Shown here in pieces: positions 1 to 10,525 of a DNA stretch of 64,000 bases. How positions within the stretch are numbered: position 1 is the first letter of the stretch; every line of letters begins with the position of its first letter. A model generated the notes under the pieces. It saw nothing but the letters and a program-made list of their open reading frames with translations. It made no database searches and was not told the DNA's origin. Position numbers and translations under genes: made by a program. Origin of the DNA: an uncultured Nitrososphaerales archaeon (lineage in GTDB: Archaea > Thermoproteota > Nitrososphaeria > Nitrososphaerales > Nitrososphaeraceae); contig CAVPXM010000063.1 of the NCBI GenBank assembly GCA_963709405.1, forward strand, positions 160,001-224,000, read 5' to 3'.

Positions 1-318
1 TCTTCAACATTAGATCTAAATGATGGTCAAGATCAACTTCCTAATCTGATTGTGATAGATGGAGGTAAAGGACAGTTAAATTCGGCGGCAAATGCTCTTG
101 GAAGATTAGGATTAGAAATTCCTTGTATTTCGATTGCGAAGGCTGAAGAAATAATATATTCTTATGGCAGTGATAAGGAGATAATATTGCCAAAGAGCAG
201 CGCGGCCCTGAAAATTGTCCAGCTAGCAAGAGACGAAGCGCATAGGTTCGGACTTGCTTATAATATGAAATTGAGGAAAATAAATAGATCAGTCCACCAA
301 AAAGAAATGACAGTCTAA
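1..318 (+). CDS. uvrC: Excinuclease ABC subunit C, C-terminal part (5' truncated by window edge)
   Basis: Frame open from base 1: LPNLIVIDGGKGQL...SIAK...ARDEAHRFG, the UvrC RNase H-like endonuclease motifs. Confidence 0.93.
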   Translation, partial: SSTLDLNDGQDQLPNLIVIDGGKGQLNSAANALGRLGLEIPCISIAKAEEIIYSYGSDKEIILPKSSAALKIVQLARDEAHRFGLAYNMKLRKINRSVHQKEMTV

Positions 319-505
319 TTAGACTAAAACATGTGATGATACGATTCTACTTGAGATATAATAGCATCTAGCCAAGAGCGGAAATATATAAAGAATGGTG
401 ACAATAGTGGATACCGATTTTTGTAATTTAAGGTGATCATATAGTGATTAACCGGGTGAAATTTCAATAAGTTAAAATTAAAACTACCTCCTTTCACGAT
501 AATAA

Positions 506-1886
506 TTGTCAAATATACCCAAATTGGTTATAGCTGGTGTAACTAGTGGGGTTGGAAAGACAGTTGTTTCTGCAGCTTTCATGTATGGCTTAAAAAAACG
601 TGGCCTACGAGTGCAGCCATTCAAAGTAGGACCAGACTTCATTGACCCTAGCTATCATTCTTACATTACGGGAAGGCAGTCACGAAATTTAGATATCTGG
701 ATGATGGGAGAAACTGGCGTTTTAAACTCATTTAATAAGGCCTGTTGCGACGCGGATCTGGCCGTCATTGAAGGAGTCATGGGATTATTCGACGGCATTT
801 CTGGAAAAGGCCAAGAGGGTAGTACAGCGAGCAATAGCAAAGTTGCTAAGAGCCGAAGTAGTTTTAGTAATTGACTCGAGTAAGGCAGCTCGCTCTATAG
901 CTGCTATTGCGCTAGGATTTCAAAATTTTGATAAGGAATTGAGTATAAGTGGAGTAGTTTTAAACAATATTGCTAGTGATAGACATGAAAGACTCGTCAA
1001 AGAAGCCTTTGCAGATAAAATCAGAGTTCCTATTGTTGGAATTATAAGACGAGATCAAGAGTTGAAAAATACTGAGAGACATCTTGGTTTGATCCCAGCA
1101 GCAGAGTTAGATTCTGTTGGAAAATCTCGATTGTTAGCGAATGCAAAACGTGCATCTGAACAAATTTATCTTGACCGATTGGGACACATCTGGAAAGTAT
1201 CTCCCATGTCATCGGTCGAAAAACAAGAAGAATCTCGTCTCGAGGCACATTCCAGAATTGCGGTTGCCCTAGATGAATCCTTTAATTTCTATTACATTGA
1301 CAATTTAGAATTTCTTAGAGAACGCAACCTTGAGTTAGTCTACTTCAGCCCCCTCAGTGATAAGAGATTACCTGAAGATATTAGTGGTCTCATCATAGGA
1401 GGAGGCTTCCCCGAGATTATGGCAAAACGACTAGAGACAAACAAAACTATGATAAAATCAATAAAAAAATTCGCTCAAGACGGATTGCCTGTATTAGCAG
1501 AATGTGGCGGATTAATGTATCTTACTAAATATTTGCATGAGAGCGAGGATGAAAGTAGTGGAAAGAGTAAATTGGTAGGATTAATAGATGCAGAAACACA
1601 AATGGGTTCCAAACTAACGCTAAATTATACGGAAGCAAATTGTGATGGATCAATCTTGGGAACAATCGGAAAAGTCAGAGGGCATGAATTCCATTATTCT
1701 AAGATAAAAAATATTGCAAAAGATTCTAAATTTGCATTTCATATGACAAGAGGCTCCGGAATAACGAAAAAACGTGATGGCTTTGTTGTACATAACTGTC
1801 TTGCATCTTACACTCATCTTCATTTTTCTAATAAGCGATTATTAAAACATCTTGTTACAGCCTTCCTAGCGTACGGACGCAGATAA
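506..1886 (+). CDS. cbiA: Cobyrinate a,c-diamide synthase, split by one frameshift near 829-830
   Basis: ORF 506-874 has [26 protein letters not shown]; ORF 768-1886 continues with [37 protein letters not shown]. Removing one base in ACAGCGAGCAATA joins them. Confidence 0.93.
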
Positions 1887-2057
1887 ATGATTAAAATTTC
1901 ATTTTCCAAAACTGCCTATTGATAACAAAAACTGGATACCGTAGAATGGATGGTGAATTTACACAACATGCTTTGAGGGCATGATCTATCAAGCCGTGGC
2001 GATCTATTTGCGCGATTTGGATCTTTGAATACCTTCAGCCAAATCAAATTCTGTGAA

Positions 2058-2516
2058 CTACTTTAAATCCGCCATTGTCTTACTCTTGGATTCGACTTCA
2101 CGTTTTAGGGCATGATTCATGTTATTTTCGCTCTCCAAAATGTCCTTTACTAGAAATTTGCCCCCTATTAAGGCACCTAGTCCCCCAAATATTTCCTTAT
2201 GTTCAAAGCGGGTGGTTTGATTTTTATTTTCACTGATTTTAAAAATACGCTCGCCGTCCAATATACCTGGCAGTAATGCCCTTCCGTACCATCTTAGCTC
2301 ACGGTTTGGCGTGACTACCGTAACTACAGGATTGTACTTTCTAATCTTTTTCCTTGGAGTCATTATCTTTAATTCTAACTTAGAACCGACTATTGGATCC
2401 CCCTTTATTTCTCTTATGAAAGGATTCCATGTGGGGTAGCTACCAAAATCTGTGAGTACATCCCAAACTGCTGCACTTGAACCTTCAATAGTTATTTCGG
2501 TCGATATCTCTTTCAT
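2058..2516 (-). CDS. SRPBCC / polyketide cyclase-dehydrase family protein
   Basis: VWDVLTDFGSYPTWNPF and ALKREVE C-terminal helix typical of SRPBCC proteins. Confidence 0.85.
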   Translation of the reverse strand: MKEISTEITIEGSSAAVWDVLTDFGSYPTWNPFIREIKGDPIVGSKLELKIMTPRKKIRKYNPVVTVVTPNRELRWYGRALLPGILDGERIFKISENKNQTTRFEHKEIFGGLGALIGGKFLVKDILESENNMNHALKREVESKSKTMADLK

Positions 2517-2702
2517 CTCAAATTATAATGATACTTCCAGTATCCCTACTATTTAATTATCCACCACTAGAGATGTGTTTAGAAATTGGGTTGTCAGTTA
2601 ATTTCAACATATTTTACTAAATTGCAGGCCATGCCATGCCCTGGCCTTTAAAGATCAAAGGCTGGATTCTTACCAAAAGGTTATTTTAATCCTACAACTT
2701 GT

Positions 2703-3791
2703 ATGAAATGGTTGTCAGGTCATTCAAACAAAGAGATCGCAGTACTAACAATTACGAGACATGGGCTAGAGATTGCTCGTGTTATTAAACAAAATCTAAG
2801 AGATGTTCAGATTTACTCACCATCAAAATTCAATGATTCCGACAATGAGATCATTTGGTTTACCGAGCAGACTTCTAAAGTTATTCAAAATCTGTTCAAG
2901 AATAGCCGCGCTTTGATATGTATTTTTTCGTTAGGAGCGGTAATAAGGTTGATATCGCCTTATATTGGTGATAAGAAGAGTGACCCCGCCGTTCTAGTTA
3001 TTGATGATAAGGCAAACTTTGTGATAAGTGCCCTATCAGGCCACTTGGGAGGCGCAAATTCTATGGCCGAACAAGTTGCATCATATTTTCCTAACGCAAA
3101 ACCCGTAATAACCACTGCTGCTGACGTGAACGAAACTATAGCAGTTGACCTCGTAGGGAAAGAATTTGGGTGGGAGATCGAGAATTATGAGAATATTACA
3201 AAGGTTAGTGCTCTAATGGTTAATGAAGAAAAGATAGCAGTTTATCAAGATACTGGCCAAAGTGGGTGGTACAAGAACAAGCTTCCTGGAAATGTCAGCG
3301 CTGTTGCGAGTCTCGAAGATTTGAAGACCGCTGATTTCAAAGGAGGCTTGATTATATCAGAAAAGCATATAAAAGATCCTGATATCCTTGGGAAATCAGT
3401 CATTTACAGGCCGAAGAGCTTGGTGGTGGGAGTGGGTCTACATTGGGACACTAGTAAGGATACTATCTCGAAGGGTATTGAGACCCTGATGCAAAAGAAC
3501 GATTTGAGTTTCAATAGTATTAGAAATATCTCATCTCTTCGCAGAGAAAAGGAAGTAAGTGGTTTGCAAGAATTCTCTTCTGAATTCAAAATTCCAATAC
3601 AGATGTTTAACAAAGAGGAATTAGCTTCTATTCCGGTACCTAACCCGTCGAAGATAGTAAATAAATTTGAAGGCACGTCGAGTGTTGCTGAATCTTCTGC
3701 TATACTGAGTTCACGCGGAGTTCTCATTATTCCAAAGCAAAAATTTCCACCCAATCTTACTGTCGCCGTGGCTAGAGTAAAGTTTGATTAA
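2703..3791 (+). CDS. cbiG: Cobalt-precorrin-5A hydrolase CbiG
   Basis: DKKSDPAVLVID, LSGHLGGAN, PVITTA, SVAESSAIL, TVAVAR motifs; cobalamin context. Confidence 0.93.
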   Translation: MKWLSGHSNKEIAVLTITRHGLEIARVIKQNLRDVQIYSPSKFNDSDNEIIWFTEQTSKVIQNLFKNSRALICIFSLGAVIRLISPYIGDKKSDPAVLVIDDKANFVISALSGHLGGANSMAEQVASYFPNAKPVITTAADVNETIAVDLVGKEFGWEIENYENITKVSALMVNEEKIAVYQDTGQSGWYKNKLPGNVSAVASLEDLKTADFKGGLIISEKHIKDPDILGKSVIYRPKSLVVGVGLHWDTSKDTISKGIETLMQKNDLSFNSIRNISSLRREKEVSGLQEFSSEFKIPIQMFNKEELASIPVPNPSKIVNKFEGTSSVAESSAILSSRGVLIIPKQKFPPNLTVAVARVKFD

Positions 3792-4551
3792 CATGAAGAA
3801 GGCCTTTTTGATGATCGATAGAGGGAGCAAAGAGAAGGAGGTAAAAGAAGAACTGAGTTCTATTTGTTCCATGGTGCGTTCGCGGGCAGACTATGAATAC
3901 GCAAATTTTTGTTTTTTAGAAGTAGTGCCCCCATTCATCAATGAAGGAATAAGGTCGTGCATTGAAAATGGAGCCGAATCAATTACTGTTCTGCCGTATT
4001 TTCTTTATCCTGGATTGAAGTTGAAGGAATCTGTCAAGTTAGCTGCTCAAATTTGCGCTGCTCAGAAGATAAAGGTGGCGATAACAAAACCATTGACCTT
4101 TCATTCGATTATGCCTCAAATAACACTAGAGAGAATCAGGCAAGCGAAAATGGAACACGGTATCATTTATAACAACTCTAACTGTGATATCATGTTGATA
4201 GGACACGGCAGTAGTGACAGGAACGCAAGACAAGCACTTATTTATGTTGTTAATGCATTGAAATCACACTTCAGAAGTGTTCAATTCTGTTTTCTTGAAT
4301 TGGAACAACCAAGTATAGCTGAGGGAATCGAATTAGCGCTTCTAAAGTCTCCGGATATTTTGATTCTCATTCCTTATTTTCTTCACCGAGGGATCCATAT
4401 TAAGCGCGACTTAGATCTTGATATCAACGGATCTCTTGAGAAATCCGGGTTTGGTAATGCCTATGTGGGAAGGCATCTAGGCGTGGATGAAAAGATAGTC
4501 GACTTGCTATTGGAACGCGCAAAAGAGGTAGAAGAAAAAGCTGGATTCTAA
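3784..4551 (+). CDS. cbiX: Sirohydrochlorin (cobalto)chelatase, two-domain CbiX/SirB type
   Basis: Duplicated domain: DRGS..FLE..PYFL then GHGSS..FLELEQPSI..PYFLHRGIH; overlaps cbiG stop. Confidence 0.88.
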   Translation: MINMKKAFLMIDRGSKEKEVKEELSSICSMVRSRADYEYANFCFLEVVPPFINEGIRSCIENGAESITVLPYFLYPGLKLKESVKLAAQICAAQKIKVAITKPLTFHSIMPQITLERIRQAKMEHGIIYNNSNCDIMLIGHGSSDRNARQALIYVVNALKSHFRSVQFCFLELEQPSIAEGIELALLKSPDILILIPYFLHRGIHIKRDLDLDINGSLEKSGFGNAYVGRHLGVDEKIVDLLLERAKEVEEKAGF

Positions 4552-4585
4552 CAGTAACCCGAGTGACTCAGCCACGCTGAGGGGA

Positions 4586-5231
4586 ATGTCAGATAAGGCC
4601 CTTGGTATAGAACAGAAGAGCTTTGAAATAATAGATGCAGAAGTCGGTCAAAACGAATATTCGGGATTGGAGTGGGAAATAGTAACGTAGAGTGATTCAT
4701 TCTACTGCAGACTTTGATTTTGCTAGAGATAATAAAATCATCTTTCGTAATAACCCCATAGGTTCAGGACTTGGGGCATTAGAAAGGAAGTGTGCCATTG
4801 TGACTGATGTGGATATGGTTGTATCTGGTATCAACAAAAATTCTGTTAAAAAGCTTGGTCTCAAGGTGTCTTGTCATATATCTGAAGAAAGCGTGATACA
4901 AAATTCAATAAAATCAAACAAAACCCGAGCTCAGTTGGCTATGCGTTATGCAAGATCCGAAATTCACGGAGGTATCGTAATCGTAGGCAACGCACCAAGT
5001 TCCTTACTTGAACTGATCGATATGGTGCGAGAAAATGCTTCAATTCCAGCACTTATAATCGGTACACCTGTGGGATTTGTTTCTGCATCAGAATCTAAAA
5101 AAGAACTACTTGGGTTAGATGTCCCATTGATAAGTAATGTAGGGAGAAAAGGCGGAAGTCCCGTAGCAGCATCAATAATTAATGCTTTGATGTTAATCCA
5201 AAGAAATAATACGCGTGCAAGCACCCCATAA
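4586..5231 (+). CDS. cbiC: Precorrin-8X methylmutase (CbiC/CobH), frameshift near 4684
   Basis: ATG at 4586 reads MSDKALGIEQKSFEIIDAEV...EWEIV; deleting one A gives RRVIHSTADFDF and continues to GNAPSSL, GTPVGFVSA, GRKGGSPVAA. Confidence 0.92.
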
Positions 5232-5591
5232 ATAATGGTTACTTAGATAGTCAGCCAGATTAACTTCTAAAATTTATACCTCATATTAGAATAATGCAGC
5301 AAGTAGTTAGTAAGTATACAATAGGAGCTGATTCAAACTTGCCTACCTCATTCTATTTTATTGATTTGCCGAAGATTGCGGCAAGAAAATGATTAGTAGC
5401 ATGGTGAATCCTACCGATACAAGGGTTGAGCGTTCAGTAGTGAACAGATATTGATATTTTTTGACAGTAAAAGTTGGTAAATACTAAACTGATATGTCGA
5501 TTATGTTCACTACACTATTTTGTCATTCTACGACGCAATCCCCTCATCGCTATCTTCCTACCAGTTCAGTTCACTCAACTAAACAGACAAA

Positions 5592-6788
5592 CTATTTGAA
5601 CTTCGCCAAAGGGTATCTGCCACAGACTGTGCCATTAAAATCGAACATTATAACTTCGATCTCGACAGCATAATTAGAGTACTTGCGCAAAAATTCAAAC
5701 ACTCTCTGGCACAAAATATCAAAGAATTTGTGTCCAGAAAATCCACTAACAATTTCTCCAGCATGCCTAGCTGTATTCGCCTTTTCAATTTCTGCCAATG
5801 CTGATTCTGGCAGGTTACATTCACTTGCAATTGTTGCCATAAATTGCAAATCAACGTGCGATCCTTTAACGTGAGTCTGGCTAATTCCCATGGCCATTTT
5901 CGTTAGCTTTCCAATAAAGCCGGTAATAACGACCTTACGTATTTTCTTAATCGCGCCCTGTTTAATCGCATAACCTACAAAATCGCCTATTTGAATGAAC
6001 GAGTGCTCCTGGAAATCTGATCCGAACAATGCCTTCGCGTAATCCTCGCTTGTCGAACCCGTGCTTAATATGACAGTAGTGGTACCCATAGCAACTGCAA
6101 CATCAATACTTTGTCTTATTGACGCCGCAAATGACGCAGTCGAGTATGGAAAAACTATACCTGTAGTTCCCAAGATAGAAATCCCTCCAAGTATTCCCAA
6201 TCTAGGATTGTCAGTTTTTTTTGCTATCTGTTCGCCTTCCGGAACAGATATTATGATTTTGACGCCCATATTTTTGAGCGCCTCAGAAGCAACTTGAAAG
6301 CCGACTTCTTCAATCATTTTTCTTGGTACTCTATTAATTGCGGATTGACCAATTTCCAGCCCAAGACCTGGTTTTGTAACTCTTCCAACTCCAATCCCCC
6401 CCTCAAGTGTTAGTATCCCTGCGTTAGATGTTAATGTGACCGTTGAACATATCTCGGCTCCATTTGTGACATCAGGATCATCCCCACCATCCTTAATGAC
6501 GGCAGCAGTAGCTGAGTTACAGTCCTCTAGTTTACTCCAAGCGATTTTTAGCAAGGCCTCTTTTTTGTTTGGCAAACGGACTGTTACCTCGTTAACCTTT
6601 TCTCCAAAAAGGAGTAAATTTAATGAGGCTTTAGTAGCAGCTGCGGCCAACGTACCGGTAGTATATCCGGTTCTCATCTTTCCCTTAACTGTTCGGTCTT
6701 CAGGGCCGTTCGGGCGATCTAAATGCTCGTGAAGGACTTTATCTATATCGGACCTATTAGACCGACCTACCGTTTGGTCATTTTTCAT
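5592..6788 (-). CDS. cbiD: Cobalt-precorrin-5B C1-methyltransferase
   Basis: RTGYTTG, KDGGDDPDVT, GVGRVTKPGL, NPRLGILGGISILGTTGIV. Confidence 0.96.
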   Translation of the reverse strand: MKNDQTVGRSNRSDIDKVLHEHLDRPNGPEDRTVKGKMRTGYTTGTLAAAATKASLNLLLFGEKVNEVTVRLPNKKEALLKIAWSKLEDCNSATAAVIKDGGDDPDVTNGAEICSTVTLTSNAGILTLEGGIGVGRVTKPGLGLEIGQSAINRVPRKMIEEVGFQVASEALKNMGVKIIISVPEGEQIAKKTDNPRLGILGGISILGTTGIVFPYSTASFAASIRQSIDVAVAMGTTTVILSTGSTSEDYAKALFGSDFQEHSFIQIGDFVGYAIKQGAIKKIRKVVITGFIGKLTKMAMGISQTHVKGSHVDLQFMATIASECNLPESALAEIEKANTARHAGEIVSGFSGHKFFDILCQRVFEFLRKYSNYAVEIEVIMFDFNGTVCGRYPLAKFK

Positions 6789-6951
6789 AAATTTTCACGA
6801 CATCTTAAAGGAATACCTTTCATGCCATATATTCAGTACTACATCAGAAAATTAGATAGCAATCAGATTGTACATATTTATCAGTACGATTAAAGATTAA
6901 TCATCTTATGAATACTTGGTGGTTAAATTGCGTAAAGCTAGCAAGTTGTCG

Positions 6952-8097
6952 TCACCTCATCAAAAGTGATTGTTTATCGACTCTCTCCCACGTAAACGTA
7001 GGTTCTGTCCTGCCAAAGTGACCATACGCTGCAGTCTTCTTGTAAATAGGCCTTTTCAGATTCAAATTTGCGATTATAGATGCTGGGCGCATATCAAAAG
7101 TTCTTTTGATCCTCTCTTCGATTTGATCCTCCGGTATCCTGCCTGTTTTGAATGTATCCACCATAACAGACACAGGTTCAGCCACACCAATGGCGTATGC
7201 TATTTGTACCTCACATTTATCCGCGAGTTCCGAAGCGACTATGTTTTTGGCTATGTACCGAGCCATATAGCATCCTGATCTATCTACTTTTGATGGGTCC
7301 TTTCCTGAAAATGCACCGCCACCGTGTCTTCCCATCCCTCCATAAGTATCAGCTATGACTTTACGTCCAGTTAAACCGGTATCCCCTGAAGGCCCACCAA
7401 TGACAAATCTGCCAGTAGGGTTAACAAAGAACTTGGTTCTACTATCAACCCAGCTTCCACATACTGCTACTATTATCTTATCGATGACTTCCTCTCTCAA
7501 TTGATCCAGGCTGATCTCCGGAGAATGCTGCGTAGATATGACGACTGAGTCAATTCTTAATGGCTTCGAATCTTCATACACAACTGAAACTTGAGACTTA
7601 CCGTCTGGCCTAATCCAGCTTATCTCCTTGTTCCTTCGAAGTTGAGATAGCTTCATCGATAACTTGTGTGCCATTGATATCGGTAGTGGCATCAAGTCTG
7701 CTGTTTCATTGGTAGCGTAACCAAACATAATACCTTGATCTCCTGCTCCCTGTTCTTTATTTTCTCCCGTATCTACACCCATAGAAATATCTGGGCTTTG
7801 CTCTTGCAATGAAGTCAATACTGCGCAGCTATTACTATCAAATCCGTGTTCTGCTCTGTCATATCCAATATCACCAATTGTCTTCCTAACTACTTTTTGG
7901 AGGTCTACTCCAGCATTAGAGCTGACTTCGCCAGCAACAAGTACAATCCCCTTTGTGGTCATCGCTTCGACTGCAACTCTTGCATCTGGATCAATGGTCA
8001 AAAATTCATCTAATATCGAATCAGAGACTTGATCGCAAAGCTTATCGGGATGTCCTTCTGTTACACTTTCGGAGGTAAAAATATATCTCCTAACCAT
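6952..8097 (-). CDS. metK: Methionine adenosyltransferase (bacterial/eukaryotic type)
   Basis: [42 protein letters not shown]. Confidence 0.97.
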   Translation of the reverse strand: MVRRYIFTSESVTEGHPDKLCDQVSDSILDEFLTIDPDARVAVEAMTTKGIVLVAGEVSSNAGVDLQKVVRKTIGDIGYDRAEHGFDSNSCAVLTSLQEQSPDISMGVDTGENKEQGAGDQGIMFGYATNETADLMPLPISMAHKLSMKLSQLRRNKEISWIRPDGKSQVSVVYEDSKPLRIDSVVISTQHSPEISLDQLREEVIDKIIVAVCGSWVDSRTKFFVNPTGRFVIGGPSGDTGLTGRKVIADTYGGMGRHGGGAFSGKDPSKVDRSGCYMARYIAKNIVASELADKCEVQIAYAIGVAEPVSVMVDTFKTGRIPEDQIEERIKRTFDMRPASIIANLNLKRPIYKKTAAYGHFGRTEPTFTWERVDKQSLLMR

Positions 8098-8139
8098 TTC
8101 AGAAATTACTACCTAGGCATATCAAAAATTAATATTGGT

Positions 8140-8394
8140 TCAAAGTTCCTTCTCTAAACTTATGAAGAGAACATTGTTCCCACGTATTACAACCTTGCCG
8201 TAATTCGCAAGGGCAGTTGAGCCATTAAACTCCTCTGCGTCAACTAATATCAGATTCATGTACGAGTCAACATTGTTCATTTTCCCTCGATATTCTATCT
8301 CATTTTTTAATCTAACTGCGACTCGACGGTTTACTGATCGCTGGAGTGCAGATAGTGGTCTTTTCGGCTGGTGCTGCGAAGGCGATGATGACAA
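8140..8394 (-). CDS. Sm-like (LSm) RNA-binding protein
   Basis: Sm1 (VRLKNEIEYRGKMNNVDSYMNLIL) and Sm2 (VVIRGNNV) motifs. Confidence 0.93.
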   Translation of the reverse strand: MSSSPSQHQPKRPLSALQRSVNRRVAVRLKNEIEYRGKMNNVDSYMNLILVDAEEFNGSTALANYGKVVIRGNNVLFISLEKEL

Positions 8395-8757
8395 TTCAAT
8401 TATTCCCTGTAAAAGTCAAAACATCGTCGCTACAATAAAAATCTTCGCCTACATGGGATTATTGAAACCTTCGCCAAATTTGATCATCATATTTTAGACA
8501 ATGATTCAGCCGTGCATCACGATGTGAAGGTCTATTCTCGATGCAATAAGAGATATTGAGTTGCAGCCTTAAATTTGCCCTCTCCCAGTATCACCTCTCT
8601 TTCACCAAAATTCAGAGACACCATTAGCATTTCGTAGTGTATAGAAGTTGCAAGTCACTTTCCTAACTACTTAATCATTATAAAAGAAATTGGGCTTGCC
8701 GTTAATATTAAAAATGATATTCTGGAGATAATTTCAATGAGAGGATGTTAAGTGCAG

Positions 8758-9456
8758 TCATAATTCTCTCCATAGTGCTTTCGTTTTCGCTAAAACAACA
8801 AATGCGATCAGATAAATAATTTGGACAAGTAGACCTAGCGTAACAGACCATTCCTTTGGAGTAGGAAGCCCCATAATGGATTGAAATATTAAAGATGCAT
8901 GGGTAGTAGGAACAAGGTAAGCAATATACTGTAAATTTAGGGGTAACCTGGTTACCGAATAGTAAACAGGAGGCAACACAGCAAGAATCACGTTTACGAA
9001 TGATATAATTTGAGTCGCATTCCTTAGATGTAGCATATGCGATGAAAGGAAGAATCCAATTGCAGACATTGATCCCCATACCAGAAAAATGGTCGAAAGG
9101 AGCAGAGGTATGTCATTAATCGAAGTTCCAAATTGTAAAACAAGAAAAGCAAGGACACCTAGTGCTGGAAGTCCAAATAAGAGTTCGGAGAGAGCAAGGC
9201 CTGTCATATAAGTAAGCGAAGAAACCGGCGAGGCGACAAACATATCCTGGATTTTATACTCTGTTTTATAAAACGAAATATCCTGACCAAGAGATAGACC
9301 ATATCCAACAATAGACATAACAAGGCTCCCAGCAAGTGCAAAGTGTACGTATTGACCATTGCTGACTACGAAAAGAACAAAGAGAAGTGAAAATGGGCTG
9401 AGAGCAGAGAATACCATAGACATGGGATTCCTTCTTAGCCACAGGACGCCGGTCAA
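8758..9456 (-). CDS. ABC-2 type transporter permease (start may lie slightly upstream)
   Basis: About six hydrophobic segments, ASPVS motif, PVYY...LP..LQ...P.THA pattern. Confidence 0.85.
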   Translation of the reverse strand: MTGVLWLRRNPMSMVFSALSPFSLLFVLFVVSNGQYVHFALAGSLVMSIVGYGLSLGQDISFYKTEYKIQDMFVASPVSSLTYMTGLALSELLFGLPALGVLAFLVLQFGTSINDIPLLLSTIFLVWGSMSAIGFFLSSHMLHLRNATQIISFVNVILAVLPPVYYSVTRLPLNLQYIAYLVPTTHASLIFQSIMGLPTPKEWSVTLGLLVQIIYLIAFVVLAKTKALWREL

Positions 9457-9711
9457 GTAGGCTATAATTACTACTTGTTTACAGACAAGAAATAAGTTAA
9501 AGTTAGGATTGATTATGACTGACTCTCATGATGAAGCCCTTTTAAGGTTTTGTCACAGACCCGCTTGAAATCTGCGCTCTGTCCTAATCCAGAATCAAAT
9601 TCTCTCGAGCATAAATAGATTACAGTCATCGTTCTACAAACATGGTGATTTTAAAACGCGAGATAGATCATTTTTATAACGTACTGCCAGGATACTAGTT
9701 AGCCGATAGAT

Positions 9712-10320
9712 TTGGTACAACATAAGCTCAAGTTAGTAATTTTGTTTTATTTTTTGTTATTCCTCTGTCTTTCAAATTTGCAACTTAATCCCCGAGAAAT
9801 CGCGAAGGCGGTTGTAAAAAATCAATCGTCTAGCGCCACTCCGGGTCAAGATTATGCAATCTATGATAATTCAAAATATGGAATAAGATTAAAATATCCT
9901 CACAATTGGAATACAGTTGAAAATGTGGGCAACATCTCAAATCATGCTATCGTTGTAAATTTGTATTCATATGGATATAGCAATATATCGGCATACACAC
10001 AGAACGTAAATCTAGTAATTGGTCGACTCTCCGATGACAATACTTCTCTTCATAATTATACCACCGCAGGTATCGCTTTGCTTGCCCATCAATTCAATAA
10101 CTTTACTCTTGATCAAACGAACATGACAACCCTGTCAGGCAATCCAGCAAATGAGATTATTTACTCCTTAAACGATGGTCAAACATCAGTAAAACAGATG
10201 CAGGCTTGGACCCTGAAAGATGGCAAGGATTATATTCTTACATATTCAGTCGCTCCTGCAAAACAGTTCGATATTTCAACTGCCAAGAACATATTTGATT
10301 CATTTGTGATACTTAAATGA
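9712..10320 (+). CDS. Secreted PsbP-related protein
   Basis: Signal peptide; YDNSKYGIRLKYPHNW, TTLSGNPA, YILTY, IFDSFVI pattern of PsbP-like proteins common in AOA. Confidence 0.75.
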   Translation: MVQHKLKLVILFYFLLFLCLSNLQLNPREIAKAVVKNQSSSATPGQDYAIYDNSKYGIRLKYPHNWNTVENVGNISNHAIVVNLYSYGYSNISAYTQNVNLVIGRLSDDNTSLHNYTTAGIALLAHQFNNFTLDQTNMTTLSGNPANEIIYSLNDGQTSVKQMQAWTLKDGKDYILTYSVAPAKQFDISTAKNIFDSFVILK

Positions 10321-10525
10321 GAAAAGAATTGTAATAATGCAGATATGCCATGCCAGTATATCATGGTATTGATGATAGTTGCTCATTGAGAGGACTCGTA
10401 TTCATTTTCTTTGAGAAGCGAAGTCATCCAAACATAGCTAACTTCCTCACAAGCTTTAATGAATGCATTCATCGTTTTCTTACTCTAGAGAACATATTTA
10501 TAATAATGTGAAAGACTAGACTTAA

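Noticed and set aside
324-505. Cobalamin riboswitch before cbiA
   Set aside because: AT-rich with no B12-box or conserved stems recognisable.
4474-4488. Partial match of the reverse complement of CRISPR spacer 1 (CATCTAGGCG) to cbiX
   Set aside because: Only 10 contiguous bases, expected by chance in 64 kb; not evidence of self-targeting.
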